Shown: piece after piece, positions 9,128-17,418 of the stretch
How the letters are laid out: each line of letters starts with the position of its first letter
Numbering within the stretch: the first letter of the stretch is position 1
Program-made: the position numbers and the translations under genes
Source: an archaeon
GTDB lineage: Archaea > Nanobdellota > Nanobdellia > Pacearchaeales > GW2011-AR1
Length of the DNA: 26,608 bases
Direction: 5' to 3'
NCBI GenBank assembly: GCA_027318675.1
Contig: DAHVOT010000001.1
Span: 1-26,608, forward strand
Notes under the pieces: generated by a model
Databases searched by the model: none
Told to the model about the DNA's origin: nothing
What the model saw: the letters and a program-made list of their open reading frames with translations, nothing else

Positions 9128-10126
9128 CTAAAGACGGATAAACAAAATAAATCCTAAAATAATTATAATTATCTGGAAGATGTTAATAAGAGTTACAACT
9201 TCGCCCTCATAGGCCTTTTTATTTGGTTTTATCTTCTTTAATATTGCTATTGCAACATGTTCTAAGCCGTATATTTTTTCATAAGGCAATTCAAGACTTC
9301 CATCTGGATTTGGCCTTCCAAAACTTTGTTTTTTCAATTTTCCTTTTAATTTAAGTATAGTCTCAAGGATATAAGGAATAAAGAAGAATATAGCTATTTT
9401 TTCAGCATTTCCAAGTATGGCCATAGAAGCAATAGCAGCACCTATTGCATATGTTAAGGCATCTCCAGGGAAAACTCTAGCAGGATTTGAATTGAATATG
9501 TAAAAAGCAATTAAAGCAGCAACCAAACAAAACCCAATTACACTTAACCAAGAACTTCCAGTAAGATACATTACAATAGACATTGCACTAAGAAGTAATA
9601 TCCCTTGTCTTGCTTCTAATCCATTAAATCCTGCAAGAAAATTGAAAGTTGTTGTTGCCCCAACTATTCCAATAGGAATTGCTAGTAAAGGAAATAATAT
9701 TCCTAATTCAATACCCAAGACATTTGATTCTCCTGCATTAATAACCATTAAAGGAATAGCAGCAAAAAAAACTAAGATTATTCTTGAACGTTTTGACAAT
9801 CCTCCTTTTTTCCATCCAAATAAATCATCTATTAAACCAATTCCAGATACTAAAAGCAAGGTAGTAGTCATAGCAAATATTTGTATAGAAATACCATCAG
9901 AATTTTTAAAGTAAAAAGTTTGAATAGCAATATACATAAATATTCCTATTATTGCTCCAATAACAACAATTATTCCCCCAGAACCAGCAACATTCTTTTC
10001 TTTTTGATACTTATTCATATCTTCCCAAAGTAAACCTATTTGTTTTGCCTTTTTTATCCAGAACGGCATAGCTAAATATGTACAAAAAAAGCTTATGAAA
10101 ATAGTTATTATAATTAATGGCTCCAT
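9128..10126 (-). CDS. aglH: UDP-GlcNAc:polyprenol-phosphate GlcNAc-1-P transferase (GPT/MraY family)
   Basis: Multi-TM protein with GLIDD, NFLAGFNGLE and VFPGD motifs of the GPT/MraY family; adjacent to aglB. Confidence 0.88.
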   Translation of the reverse strand: MEPLIIITIFISFFCTYLAMPFWIKKAKQIGLLWEDMNKYQKEKNVAGSGGIIVVIGAIIGIFMYIAIQTFYFKNSDGISIQIFAMTTTLLLVSGIGLIDDLFGWKKGGLSKRSRIILVFFAAIPLMVINAGESNVLGIELGILFPLLAIPIGIVGATTTFNFLAGFNGLEARQGILLLSAMSIVMYLTGSSWLSVIGFCLVAALIAFYIFNSNPARVFPGDALTYAIGAAIASMAILGNAEKIAIFFFIPYILETILKLKGKLKKQSFGRPNPDGSLELPYEKIYGLEHVAIAILKKIKPNKKAYEGEVVTLINIFQIIIIILGFILFIRL

Positions 10127-10148
10127 CTCTATTCAAGAAATGCCTAGC

Positions 10149-10157
10149 TTTTAAATT
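10149..10157 (-). promoter_or_regulatory. Putative TATA box for aglH
   Basis: Minus strand AATTTAAAA ending 22 nt before the ATG. Confidence 0.5.
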
Positions 10158-11015
10158 TTATTTAAATATTAAAGGAGTTATATAAACTTCAATAAGTGCA
10201 GCAATGACTAAAATTAATAATGCTAAGAATATGAGTATAATTACATTTTCAAGGACTTTCAAGAATTTTTTATCTTTTATTCCATGTCTTATTAATCCAA
10301 CACCAAAAATTCCTCCAGCTAAAGCAGTTATGAAGTATGCAGCAATTTCAGGTAAACCATGTATTGCATATCTTGCAATTCCTAATGGGATTTCACTTAA
10401 ATTATATTTTGTAAATATGCCTATTGCAGCAGCAATAACACTTGCATTCCAAACCAAAATAAATAATGCTCCTGCTCCGAATATCAGAGAAAATATCAAA
10501 GTAAATATCATAACATATACATTATTCTCGATTATTGACAAGAACCTTATCCCGCTTATTGAAGCACCAGTTAAATTAATTTTTCCAGAAGAATATTGTT
10601 CAACACAACCCATTACATCCCCTGGGCTGTTTATTTGACAATAAGTTTGTATTTGAAAATTCAAAAGATTGGCATCTTGCAAGATTATATTCCAGAATGA
10701 AAATGCTACAACAAAACCAAAAAATAACCACATAAACGCATATATTGCATCTTTATGTGCCTGCCATATACTAAAGATTCCCTCGACTTGTTCATCTTCT
10801 TTCTCTTCTCTTTTGATTATAAAATACATAAAGGGAAAACTGAACATTATGCAGAATAAAACAACCAACATTCCAGAAGCTTTTGATAAATTTGGATCTT
10901 CAGAAAAAAACCAGTGTACAAGTAAGAGAGAAAGAGATGCATAAATAAGCCCAATGAAAAACATTTTCCATGGCCCCTTTTCCACCTTTTTTGGATTTAT
11001 AAGCGTTTCAAGCAT
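10158..11015 (-). CDS. SpoIIM-like (DUF95) integral membrane protein
   Basis: Several TM segments with IIENNVYV, WNASVI and HGLPEIAAY...AG motifs typical of the family. Confidence 0.8.
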   Translation of the reverse strand: MLETLINPKKVEKGPWKMFFIGLIYASLSLLLVHWFFSEDPNLSKASGMLVVLFCIMFSFPFMYFIIKREEKEDEQVEGIFSIWQAHKDAIYAFMWLFFGFVVAFSFWNIILQDANLLNFQIQTYCQINSPGDVMGCVEQYSSGKINLTGASISGIRFLSIIENNVYVMIFTLIFSLIFGAGALFILVWNASVIAAAIGIFTKYNLSEIPLGIARYAIHGLPEIAAYFITALAGGIFGVGLIRHGIKDKKFLKVLENVIILIFLALLILVIAALIEVYITPLIFK

Positions 11016-11036
11016 ATCTCTATTAAAAAAAGAGAA

Positions 11037-11044
11037 TTTTTAAA
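11037..11044. promoter_or_regulatory. Putative bidirectional TATA box
   Basis: TTTTTAAA (plus) / TTTAAAAA (minus), exactly 21 nt from each of the divergent ATGs at 11015 and 11066. Confidence 0.6.
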
Positions 11045-11065
11045 TGTTGGGGGGTTCATCAATAA

Positions 11066-11881
11066 ATGGACAAACAAAAGAGGTTCAATGAAATTCTTAG
11101 AAAGATAAAAACAATAGATATTCAAGGAGCAAGAAATGTTGCAAAAGCTGCACTTGAAGCTTATTCACTCTTACCTTCTAAAGAATCAAAGGAAAAACTT
11201 TTATCTTCTCGTCCTACAGAGCCAATGATGTTTCATGTTCTTGAACTTGCAGAGAAGGGGATTTCTAAAAAAGATATTTTAGAACACTTTGATATTTCTC
11301 AAAAAGAGATAAACAAGCAAGTTTTTAATTTAATAAATGATGGAGATGTAATATTTACCCATTGTCATTCTACAAATGTTGTTAATGCACTAATTTATTC
11401 AAAGAGAAAAGGTAGAAAATTCAAAGTATATAATACAGAAACTCGCCCATTGTTCCAAGGTAGAAAAACTGCGAGAGAATTAAAAGCAAGTGGAATAGAT
11501 GTAACAATGTTTATAGATTCTGCAGCATCATTTGCAATAGAAAAAGATAATAAGAATGATAAAGTTTACGTAAACAAGATCTTTCTTGGTGCAGATGCAC
11601 TCTTGAAAAAAGGTATAATAAATAAGATAGGAAGCAATATGTTTGCAGAGTTAGCAAATAAAAATAAAATACCTGTTTATATAATAGCAGATTCTTGGAA
11701 GTTCACAAAAAATAAATTAAAGTTAGAGCAGAGAAGCATCAATGAAGTCTGGGATAAAGCTCCTAAAAATATGAAGATAAAAAATCCTGCATTTGAATTT
11801 GTTAAAAGAAAATATATTTCAGGAATTGTAACTGAGTTAGGTTTAATGAAATACAAGAAATTTGTAAAAGAGATGAAGTAA
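11066..11881 (+). CDS. Ribose-1,5-bisphosphate isomerase (eIF-2B alpha/beta/delta family), short N-terminal domain
   Basis: KIKTIDIQGA, SRPT, DGDVIFTHCHS, ETRPLFQG, GAD, NKIG, WKF, NPAFE, IVTELG align motif by motif with archaeal R15P isomerase. Confidence 0.85.
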   Translation: MDKQKRFNEILRKIKTIDIQGARNVAKAALEAYSLLPSKESKEKLLSSRPTEPMMFHVLELAEKGISKKDILEHFDISQKEINKQVFNLINDGDVIFTHCHSTNVVNALIYSKRKGRKFKVYNTETRPLFQGRKTARELKASGIDVTMFIDSAASFAIEKDNKNDKVYVNKIFLGADALLKKGIINKIGSNMFAELANKNKIPVYIIADSWKFTKNKLKLEQRSINEVWDKAPKNMKIKNPAFEFVKRKYISGIVTELGLMKYKKFVKEMK

Positions 11882-11883
11882 AA

Positions 11884-12390
11884 TTATTTTTTACATTCAC
11901 ATTCGTCACCACAATCACAGCATTCATCTTCATCACATCCACATTCTTCCTCTCCGCAATTGCATTCGTGAGGATGTTTATGATTATGTAATTTTTGACT
12001 CTCCATAAATACATTTGTAAGTTCTGTATTTATTTTTTCAAGTTCTTTATTCAATTCTTCTTTAGCTTTTTCAAGTTTTTTAATCTGATTTTGAAGAATT
12101 ATCTTTGTTTCTGGGATTGATTTTTTAACAAAATTCTTATTTCCAATATCCACCAATAATTCTTCTGAAGTTAATTTAGCACTAGCATATATTCCTCTTC
12201 CAATGGGGGAGAGAATTTCTTCATCTTTCTTTCCAACTAATTCATCTAATTCAAAATTTAAACTGCTTAAGTCTACAATTGCTTGTTCAACTGCTTGTTG
12301 CTGTTCTTGAATCATTCTTATTTGCTGTTCAAACATCTGAAATCGCATTACAATTTCTTGTTGAGATATTTGTTCTTCATCTTTTACCAT
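11884..12390 (-). CDS. pfdA: Prefoldin alpha subunit with His/Cys/acidic C-terminal tail
   Basis: Coiled coil, then EILSPIGRGIY...LLVDIGNKNFVKKS beta-hairpins, then coiled coil; extra 34-aa tail. Confidence 0.9.
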   Translation of the reverse strand: MVKDEEQISQQEIVMRFQMFEQQIRMIQEQQQAVEQAIVDLSSLNFELDELVGKKDEEILSPIGRGIYASAKLTSEELLVDIGNKNFVKKSIPETKIILQNQIKKLEKAKEELNKELEKINTELTNVFMESQKLHNHKHPHECNCGEEECGCDEDECCDCGDECECKK

Positions 12391-12411
12391 GTTGAAATCA
12401 GAATAAGATGC

Positions 12412-12430
12412 TTTTTAAGATTTGGGGTTT
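12412..12430 (-). promoter_or_regulatory. Putative promoter of pfdA
   Basis: Minus strand AAACCCCAAATC-TTAAAAA ending 21 nt before the ATG. Confidence 0.55.
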
Positions 12431-12435
12431 TATAT

Positions 12436-13011
12436 CTATGCAACATCCAGTAACTTTTTACTCCTAAGTATAGAACTAAATATCATTGTAAATATAAAAT
12501 AAAATAAAAACCAACCCATTCCAAACCAGAATTTTGGACTTCCCGCAGCTGCAAAATAATCTGCGAACCATCTGAAAAATAAAATGAATGGGATACCAGT
12601 GTATATTATAGGCCTCATACTTAATTTCATTTGTTTTGGCATCATAGCAAATTGTTTTTTCTGTAATTCCATAAGCTTCTCAGGGTGATTCTGGAATTCT
12701 TTCATTTGCTTCTGGATTTCTTTCTGTTCTTTTTTCATTTCCCTCAATGTTTCTTGATCTGTAGCATATTTCTGGACAAGAGTTGTGATTAATGTAATAA
12801 TAAATACAACAATCAACATTCCCCAATTCAAATTCCAACTTAAAAGAAATCCCGCAGTTGGATCAAGAATATAGTGTATTGAATTTTTTATAAAAGGTAT
12901 TTTATCCCATAATCCAGCAATAATCATAGATATAACTAAGAATATAATTAATGGAGTAAAACTTCCTTCTTTTCCAGATTTATCTTCTTTTAAATTTGTT
13001 TGTTCTGTCAT
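12436..13011 (-). CDS. DUF106 / EMC3-TMCO1 family membrane insertase (Oxa1 superfamily)
   Basis: TM, cytosolic coiled coil (MKKEQKEIQKQMKE), RP motif and further TMs, GWF.WY-like GWFLFY; conserved position downstream of secY. Confidence 0.88.
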   Translation of the reverse strand: MTEQTNLKEDKSGKEGSFTPLIIFLVISMIIAGLWDKIPFIKNSIHYILDPTAGFLLSWNLNWGMLIVVFIITLITTLVQKYATDQETLREMKKEQKEIQKQMKEFQNHPEKLMELQKKQFAMMPKQMKLSMRPIIYTGIPFILFFRWFADYFAAAGSPKFWFGMGWFLFYFIFTMIFSSILRSKKLLDVA

Positions 13012-13024
13012 CTTTTTTTATTTT

Positions 13025-14419
13025 TTAGTTGCTACTCATAAATTTTCTCATAGCAGGATTCATGTCTGTCATATGTTGTTCAGCTATTTTTTGATAGAAC
13101 TGATACATAATCATAATTACTAATAATATTGCAGTTCCCGAGGAAAGTGCTCCAAGCAAATCTGTTGTAGCAGCAAGTAAACCTATTGCTGCACCTCCCA
13201 TTACAGTTAATGGCATTATATACCTGTCTAATACACTTTCTAAAACTCTTACATCTTGTCTAAATCCAGCCATCTGAAGCCCAGATGCAGATATTTTTTG
13301 AGCTTGTTCTTTTGCACCCATTCCCGAAGTTTTAACCCAGAAGACTGAGAATAAAGTAGCAAGTCCAGCATAAAATATTATATGTGTAAGTCCTTGAAGT
13401 AAATATCTTGGCAAAAATCCTCCTCTTATTATCAACTCAAGAAGATTTGTATGTCCAAGCCAAAACGCAAATCCAGAAACTGCTTGTCCATTTTGGAAGT
13501 GGCCTAAAAATGTTGGGTGTCCCGCCCAGTTTTCAAGCAACCCTCCAAATAGTTGAATATTTGCAACTAATGCGGCAGTTAAAATAACAGGTATAACTGA
13601 AGCATAAAAGAATTGTAATGGCCATTTGATAGCATATCCTCTTATTCTTCCAAAACTCAAAGGTATTTCAACTTTAAGACTTTGAGCCCATACTACAAGA
13701 AGGAAAATAACAACTGTAGCAATGATTGCTCCTAATGCTGAAGCGAATTCAACTGGATATTTATTTATTATAGATTGTATTAAAACTAAAACTTTTCCTG
13801 AACATGCAGTTCCATTAAAATCAATTAAGCAATTTCTACCTTGAGCATTTACAAATTGGAATGCGCTTGTGAATAAGTGCCATGAAGCACCAGCAGCAAT
13901 GAATATACTTACTCCTGAACCAAAGCCCCATTTTTCACATAGTTCGTTCATGTAGTAAATAGCTATTCCCCCGAGGATTAACTGGAAAATAACGAGCCCT
14001 GCAAATCCGGGTGTTGCTTCAAGACCTTTCATCAAAACATAAACTATTGCTTCAAATATGATAAAGAAAAATACTAAAAGTTTTTGAATACCTTGAAAGA
14101 ATTTTTTACCTTCTGTTGTTGAGGTGTTTATGTTTATTATTCCTGCTCCTGTAAGTAATTGCAAGATAATAGAAGCCATTACTATTGGGCCAATACCTAA
14201 AGAGATTATTGAACCAAAATCTGTCCCTAAAATTATTGCAAGATATTTGAATCTGTCTAGGGCATTATTAGATAGTCCAAATAATGGAATATTTGCTAGA
14301 ATAAAAAATGCAACAAGTATCAATAAAGTCCACTTAAGTTTAGTATTAAATGCCAGTTTTTTTTCATCTGGCTTTTTTACTTCTGGTATAAATGCGAATA
14401 TTTTTGTGAAATCTACCAT
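13025..14419 (-). CDS. secY: Preprotein translocase SecY (Sec61 alpha)
   Basis: LGIGPIVMASIILQLL, KWGFGSGVSIFI, FFYASVIP, GFRQD, GTAILL motifs. Confidence 0.98.
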   Translation of the reverse strand: MVDFTKIFAFIPEVKKPDEKKLAFNTKLKWTLLILVAFFILANIPLFGLSNNALDRFKYLAIILGTDFGSIISLGIGPIVMASIILQLLTGAGIININTSTTEGKKFFQGIQKLLVFFFIIFEAIVYVLMKGLEATPGFAGLVIFQLILGGIAIYYMNELCEKWGFGSGVSIFIAAGASWHLFTSAFQFVNAQGRNCLIDFNGTACSGKVLVLIQSIINKYPVEFASALGAIIATVVIFLLVVWAQSLKVEIPLSFGRIRGYAIKWPLQFFYASVIPVILTAALVANIQLFGGLLENWAGHPTFLGHFQNGQAVSGFAFWLGHTNLLELIIRGGFLPRYLLQGLTHIIFYAGLATLFSVFWVKTSGMGAKEQAQKISASGLQMAGFRQDVRVLESVLDRYIMPLTVMGGAAIGLLAATTDLLGALSSGTAILLVIMIMYQFYQKIAEQHMTDMNPAMRKFMSSN

Positions 14420-14440
14420 CTCATAATCAAATAAAATCAG

Positions 14441-14457
14441 TTTAAAAAGATTGGGTT
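14441..14457 (-). promoter_or_regulatory. Putative internal promoter for secY
   Basis: Minus strand AACCCAATC-TTTTTAAA ending 21 nt before the secY ATG. Confidence 0.6.
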
Positions 14458-14937
14458 TTATTCTTCCTCTTCTTTCTTTTCAGGAGTTTTCTTTTTCACT
14501 GGAAGTATAATCTGCCCTCCAGCTTTCTTTACTTTTTCAATTGCAGATTCAGAAGCTTCAAGTGCAGTTATTATCAATTTTTCTTTTATTTCTCCTTCGC
14601 CTAATATTTTGTATTTATCAAGATTTACTTCCCATCCTTTTGCTGTCTTTTTTCCATACTTTTCAAGGTTTTTTTCTATTTGTTGAAGATTAATTCTTTG
14701 TCTTGTGTCTCTCTTTGTTTTTCTAGAAGTTATTCCTTGCTTTCCGAAGTAATCATGTCCATAAAGTTTTGTAACAAGTGTTATCTTTGTATCTCCCCTC
14801 TTACCTGTACCAGCCATTCCTGTTCCTCCTCTGTGTCCTGATTTTTTATGTTTCTTTCTGGCTCCCCATCCATGGCTTCCCATTTTTCTTCCATGCATCC
14901 TTGAAACTTTTTTTCTTTTATGAGTTTTAGTTGTCAT
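14458..14937 (-). CDS. rpl15: 50S ribosomal protein uL15
   Basis: SHGWG...GHRGGTGMAG, YFGKQG, YKILGEG, ASESAIEKVKKAGG. Confidence 0.97.
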   Translation of the reverse strand: MTTKTHKRKKVSRMHGRKMGSHGWGARKKHKKSGHRGGTGMAGTGKRGDTKITLVTKLYGHDYFGKQGITSRKTKRDTRQRINLQQIEKNLEKYGKKTAKGWEVNLDKYKILGEGEIKEKLIITALEASESAIEKVKKAGGQIILPVKKKTPEKKEEEE

Positions 14938-14939
14938 CT

Positions 14940-15302
14940 TTACAGCATCCTTAATATTAAATCATTTATTTTATCTTTATTATCTCCTAAAACGCCCTTT
15001 CCAACACCAAAGTGTTTCTTTGATTCAATTCCTCCTCTTGGAGGATGTAATCTGAAAAAGGGTTTTAGTTTTCCGTCTTTTCCTTTTTTTCCTCTTTTCT
15101 TTATAAGTTCTTTATAAACATCCTCTTTTATTTCACCGTAAGCTACAAAATCTCTTAGCTTTTCAATCATGCCTAATTCTTCAGAAGTCCCTTTTAACAC
15201 AACACAAGTATATTTTCTTCTTACTCTTAGTCTGTCAAGAGTTTCATTAATATTTTTATCTAAACCAACTCTTCCTTTAATACGTATAAGTGCGATTGCC
15301 AT
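14940..15302 (-). CDS. rpl30: 50S ribosomal protein uL30 (internally shortened)
   Basis: ETLDRLRVRRK, VAYGEI, FRLHPPRGG, INDLILRM. Confidence 0.95.
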   Translation of the reverse strand: MAIALIRIKGRVGLDKNINETLDRLRVRRKYTCVVLKGTSEELGMIEKLRDFVAYGEIKEDVYKELIKKRGKKGKDGKLKPFFRLHPPRGGIESKKHFGVGKGVLGDNKDKINDLILRML

Positions 15303-16105
15303 TATTCTCTTCCCTCCATTGAATTTGTTTTTTCAAGAGCATCAAAACAGGCTTTTATCAAATTAAAACTTGTTCTTGCTTTTCCAAAACTTTTACTATA
15401 AACATCTTTAATTCCTGCAAGCTTTAATACTTTTTTAAGTTCATTTGCAACAACCAATCCTGTTCCTTGAGGAGCAGGTATAAGAGTTATCCTTGAACTT
15501 CCAGCTTTACCTGTAACTTTGAATGGGACAGTATGCAATTCAGAACAATCGCAATCAAATCCAGAACATGCTCTCTTTATCTTTATAATACTTAACTTTG
15601 CTTTTCTTAATGCTTTGTCTCTTGCAGGAAGAGTCTCCATTGATCTTCCATAACCATACCCAATATGTCCGTTTTCATCTCCAACTATTGCCATCGCAGA
15701 GAACGTAGGAACATTTCCTTCTTCAGTTTTTCTTTGAGTTTGTCTCCAGGCTCTTCTTTTTCCTCCTCCAAACTTTCCTTTTGATTGCCCTATCGAAATT
15801 AAATCAGATTTTAATTCAAGTAAATAGTCAGATATTTCGGGTTCTAGTATCCTCTTATTTTCTTTTAGAATATCGTCAATATTTTTTATCTTTCCACTTT
15901 TAACTTCTCTCCCAAGTTCTGTTTTAGGAATCCAAGATTCTGATGGTTTAAGTTTATCTTTTTCAAAGGCATTTTTTAATTCTTGTTCATTTTTTATCTG
16001 TTCAAGTTCTTTAAGATCTTCTTTATCTAGAACTTCTTCAGGAACTTCCGCATACTCGTCTTTTTCTCCTTCAATTTTTGCTATTTGCTTTTCTTTTTTT
16101 GTCAT
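15302..16105 (-). CDS. rps5: 30S ribosomal protein uS5 with acidic N-terminal extension
   Basis: WIPKTELG, VGDENGHIGYG, IPAPQGTGLV, LAGIKDV. Confidence 0.97.
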   Translation of the reverse strand: MTKKEKQIAKIEGEKDEYAEVPEEVLDKEDLKELEQIKNEQELKNAFEKDKLKPSESWIPKTELGREVKSGKIKNIDDILKENKRILEPEISDYLLELKSDLISIGQSKGKFGGGKRRAWRQTQRKTEEGNVPTFSAMAIVGDENGHIGYGYGRSMETLPARDKALRKAKLSIIKIKRACSGFDCDCSELHTVPFKVTGKAGSSRITLIPAPQGTGLVVANELKKVLKLAGIKDVYSKSFGKARTSFNLIKACFDALEKTNSMEGRE

Positions 16106-16106
16106 T

Positions 16107-16595
16107 TTACAATTTGTCTATTTTTGATTTAATTTCACTGAAAGGTATTTTATTTTTTAGATGTTCCCCTTTTATTCTTTCTTCTTCTGGGAAAAATTCC
16201 TTTTTACATTCTATTTTTATTCCAGCATCAATCAGTCCTTTCAAGAACGAATATATTTTATTTTTGTGTATAGAACGATTCATTCCTGTATCCAAAATAG
16301 GCGTTGTCATTTTTTTCTTCAATATTGTTTTACCAGTTAAATAACCTGTTAAGTAAGCTGCAGTTATTGATTTTAAACTTCCTTGAGCATCTTTTGGCCA
16401 GCCATATTCATTTAATTTTTTTGAATTAAATCCGAATATAACTTTGTCTTGAGCTGCTTCACTACTTACATATTCGCTTATTACGAATTTGTTTGTTTTT
16501 CTAAATACAACTCTTGGTCTTTCTGATTTCAATAGTTTTAATCTTTTCAGATAATCTGTTTTATTTTCTTTTCTTCTTCTTTTTTGGCTTCTCAT
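16107..16595 (-). CDS. rpl18: 50S ribosomal protein uL18
   Basis: RRRKENKTDYLKRLKLL, RVVFRKTN, AAYLTG, ILDTG, DAGI. Confidence 0.96.
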   Translation of the reverse strand: MRSQKRRRKENKTDYLKRLKLLKSERPRVVFRKTNKFVISEYVSSEAAQDKVIFGFNSKKLNEYGWPKDAQGSLKSITAAYLTGYLTGKTILKKKMTTPILDTGMNRSIHKNKIYSFLKGLIDAGIKIECKKEFFPEEERIKGEHLKNKIPFSEIKSKIDKL

Positions 16596-16998
16596 CTTCT
16601 TTCTCTCCTATATATTCTTTTAAGTGCGATTTACTTTTAAACATCTTATTCCTTATCTTTTGTCTTAATTCTTTTATTTCTTTCTCTTCTAATTCTCCTT
16701 TCATCTTTTTATCTGCAATAAGTTTTCTTAGTTTTCTTGTTAAAATAACATAATCTCTTTTTCTCTTATTAACATTTTTTCTTACATTTCCAAATCCTCT
16801 TTTGCTTTTTTTCTTTGCATTTTTACTTCTTCCATTTATTTCTTTAATTATTATTGCTCCATCTTTTTGTAACATCCTCATATCCTGTTTGGTTATTGCT
16901 TCTTTTATCTCTTCTAATCTTTCATTAACAAATACAATCCTCTCTCTTCCAACTCCAAATGTTTTTGCTGCAAGTTGTTTTTTTGTTCTTAGGTTCAT
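16561..16998 (-). CDS. rpl19e: 50S ribosomal protein eL19
   Basis: MNLRTKKQLAA...GVGRERI, AITKQDMR, RGFGNVR, FKSKSHL. Confidence 0.95.
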   Translation of the reverse strand: MNLRTKKQLAAKTFGVGRERIVFVNERLEEIKEAITKQDMRMLQKDGAIIIKEINGRSKNAKKKSKRGFGNVRKNVNKRKRDYVILTRKLRKLIADKKMKGELEEKEIKELRQKIRNKMFKSKSHLKEYIGEKEDEKPKKKKKRK

Positions 16999-17417
16999 TT
17001 CTTTTCCTCCTTCTTGTCTTTAACTTCTGTTTTTTTATCTTTACTTTCTGCTTTCTTTTCATTCATTTTTATAAATTTATCAATATTTAATTTGTAAATT
17101 TCAAGTTTCATTTCTTTAGCCTTTTTAGCAATTTCCAATTTTTTCTTTTTTCCAATCTTTCCTAGCAAGATTATATTTTCTTTTTTAACATTTTGAAGTT
17201 GGGAAATATGATTTATAGTTATAGGTGTTTTATTGTTTATTTTTCCTCTCTGTTTTTTATCTGTTGAATATCCTATAGCGACTAAAGCAGGCTTACCTCT
17301 TCTTTGTTCCCTCATCTTATTATCTCTTCCAGTAGGTCTTCTCCAGATTTGTTTCTTCTTTCTCCTCAATCCTAGTTTTGAATATTTATGTGATGTATGT
17401 CTAAGAAACTTTGGCAT
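16995..17417 (-). CDS. rpl32e: 50S ribosomal protein eL32
   Basis: PKFLR, WRRPTGRDNKMR, IGYS, GKKKKLEI. Confidence 0.95.
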   Translation of the reverse strand: MPKFLRHTSHKYSKLGLRRKKKQIWRRPTGRDNKMREQRRGKPALVAIGYSTDKKQRGKINNKTPITINHISQLQNVKKENIILLGKIGKKKKLEIAKKAKEMKLEIYKLNIDKFIKMNEKKAESKDKKTEVKDKKEEKK

Positions 17418-17418
17418 T

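Noticed and set aside
1394-10944. Plus-strand ORFs opposite the glycosylation and membrane genes (e.g. 1394-1666, 4828-5103, 9642-9914, 10204-10638, 10669-10944)
   Set aside because: Antisense shadows of well-supported genes; no motifs, and composition is explained by the reverse strand.
11802-12014. 70-aa minus-strand ORF overlapping the pfdA tail
   Set aside because: Alternative frame of the repetitive GAATG-rich tail that also overlaps the isomerase antisense; the pfdA frame is continuous.
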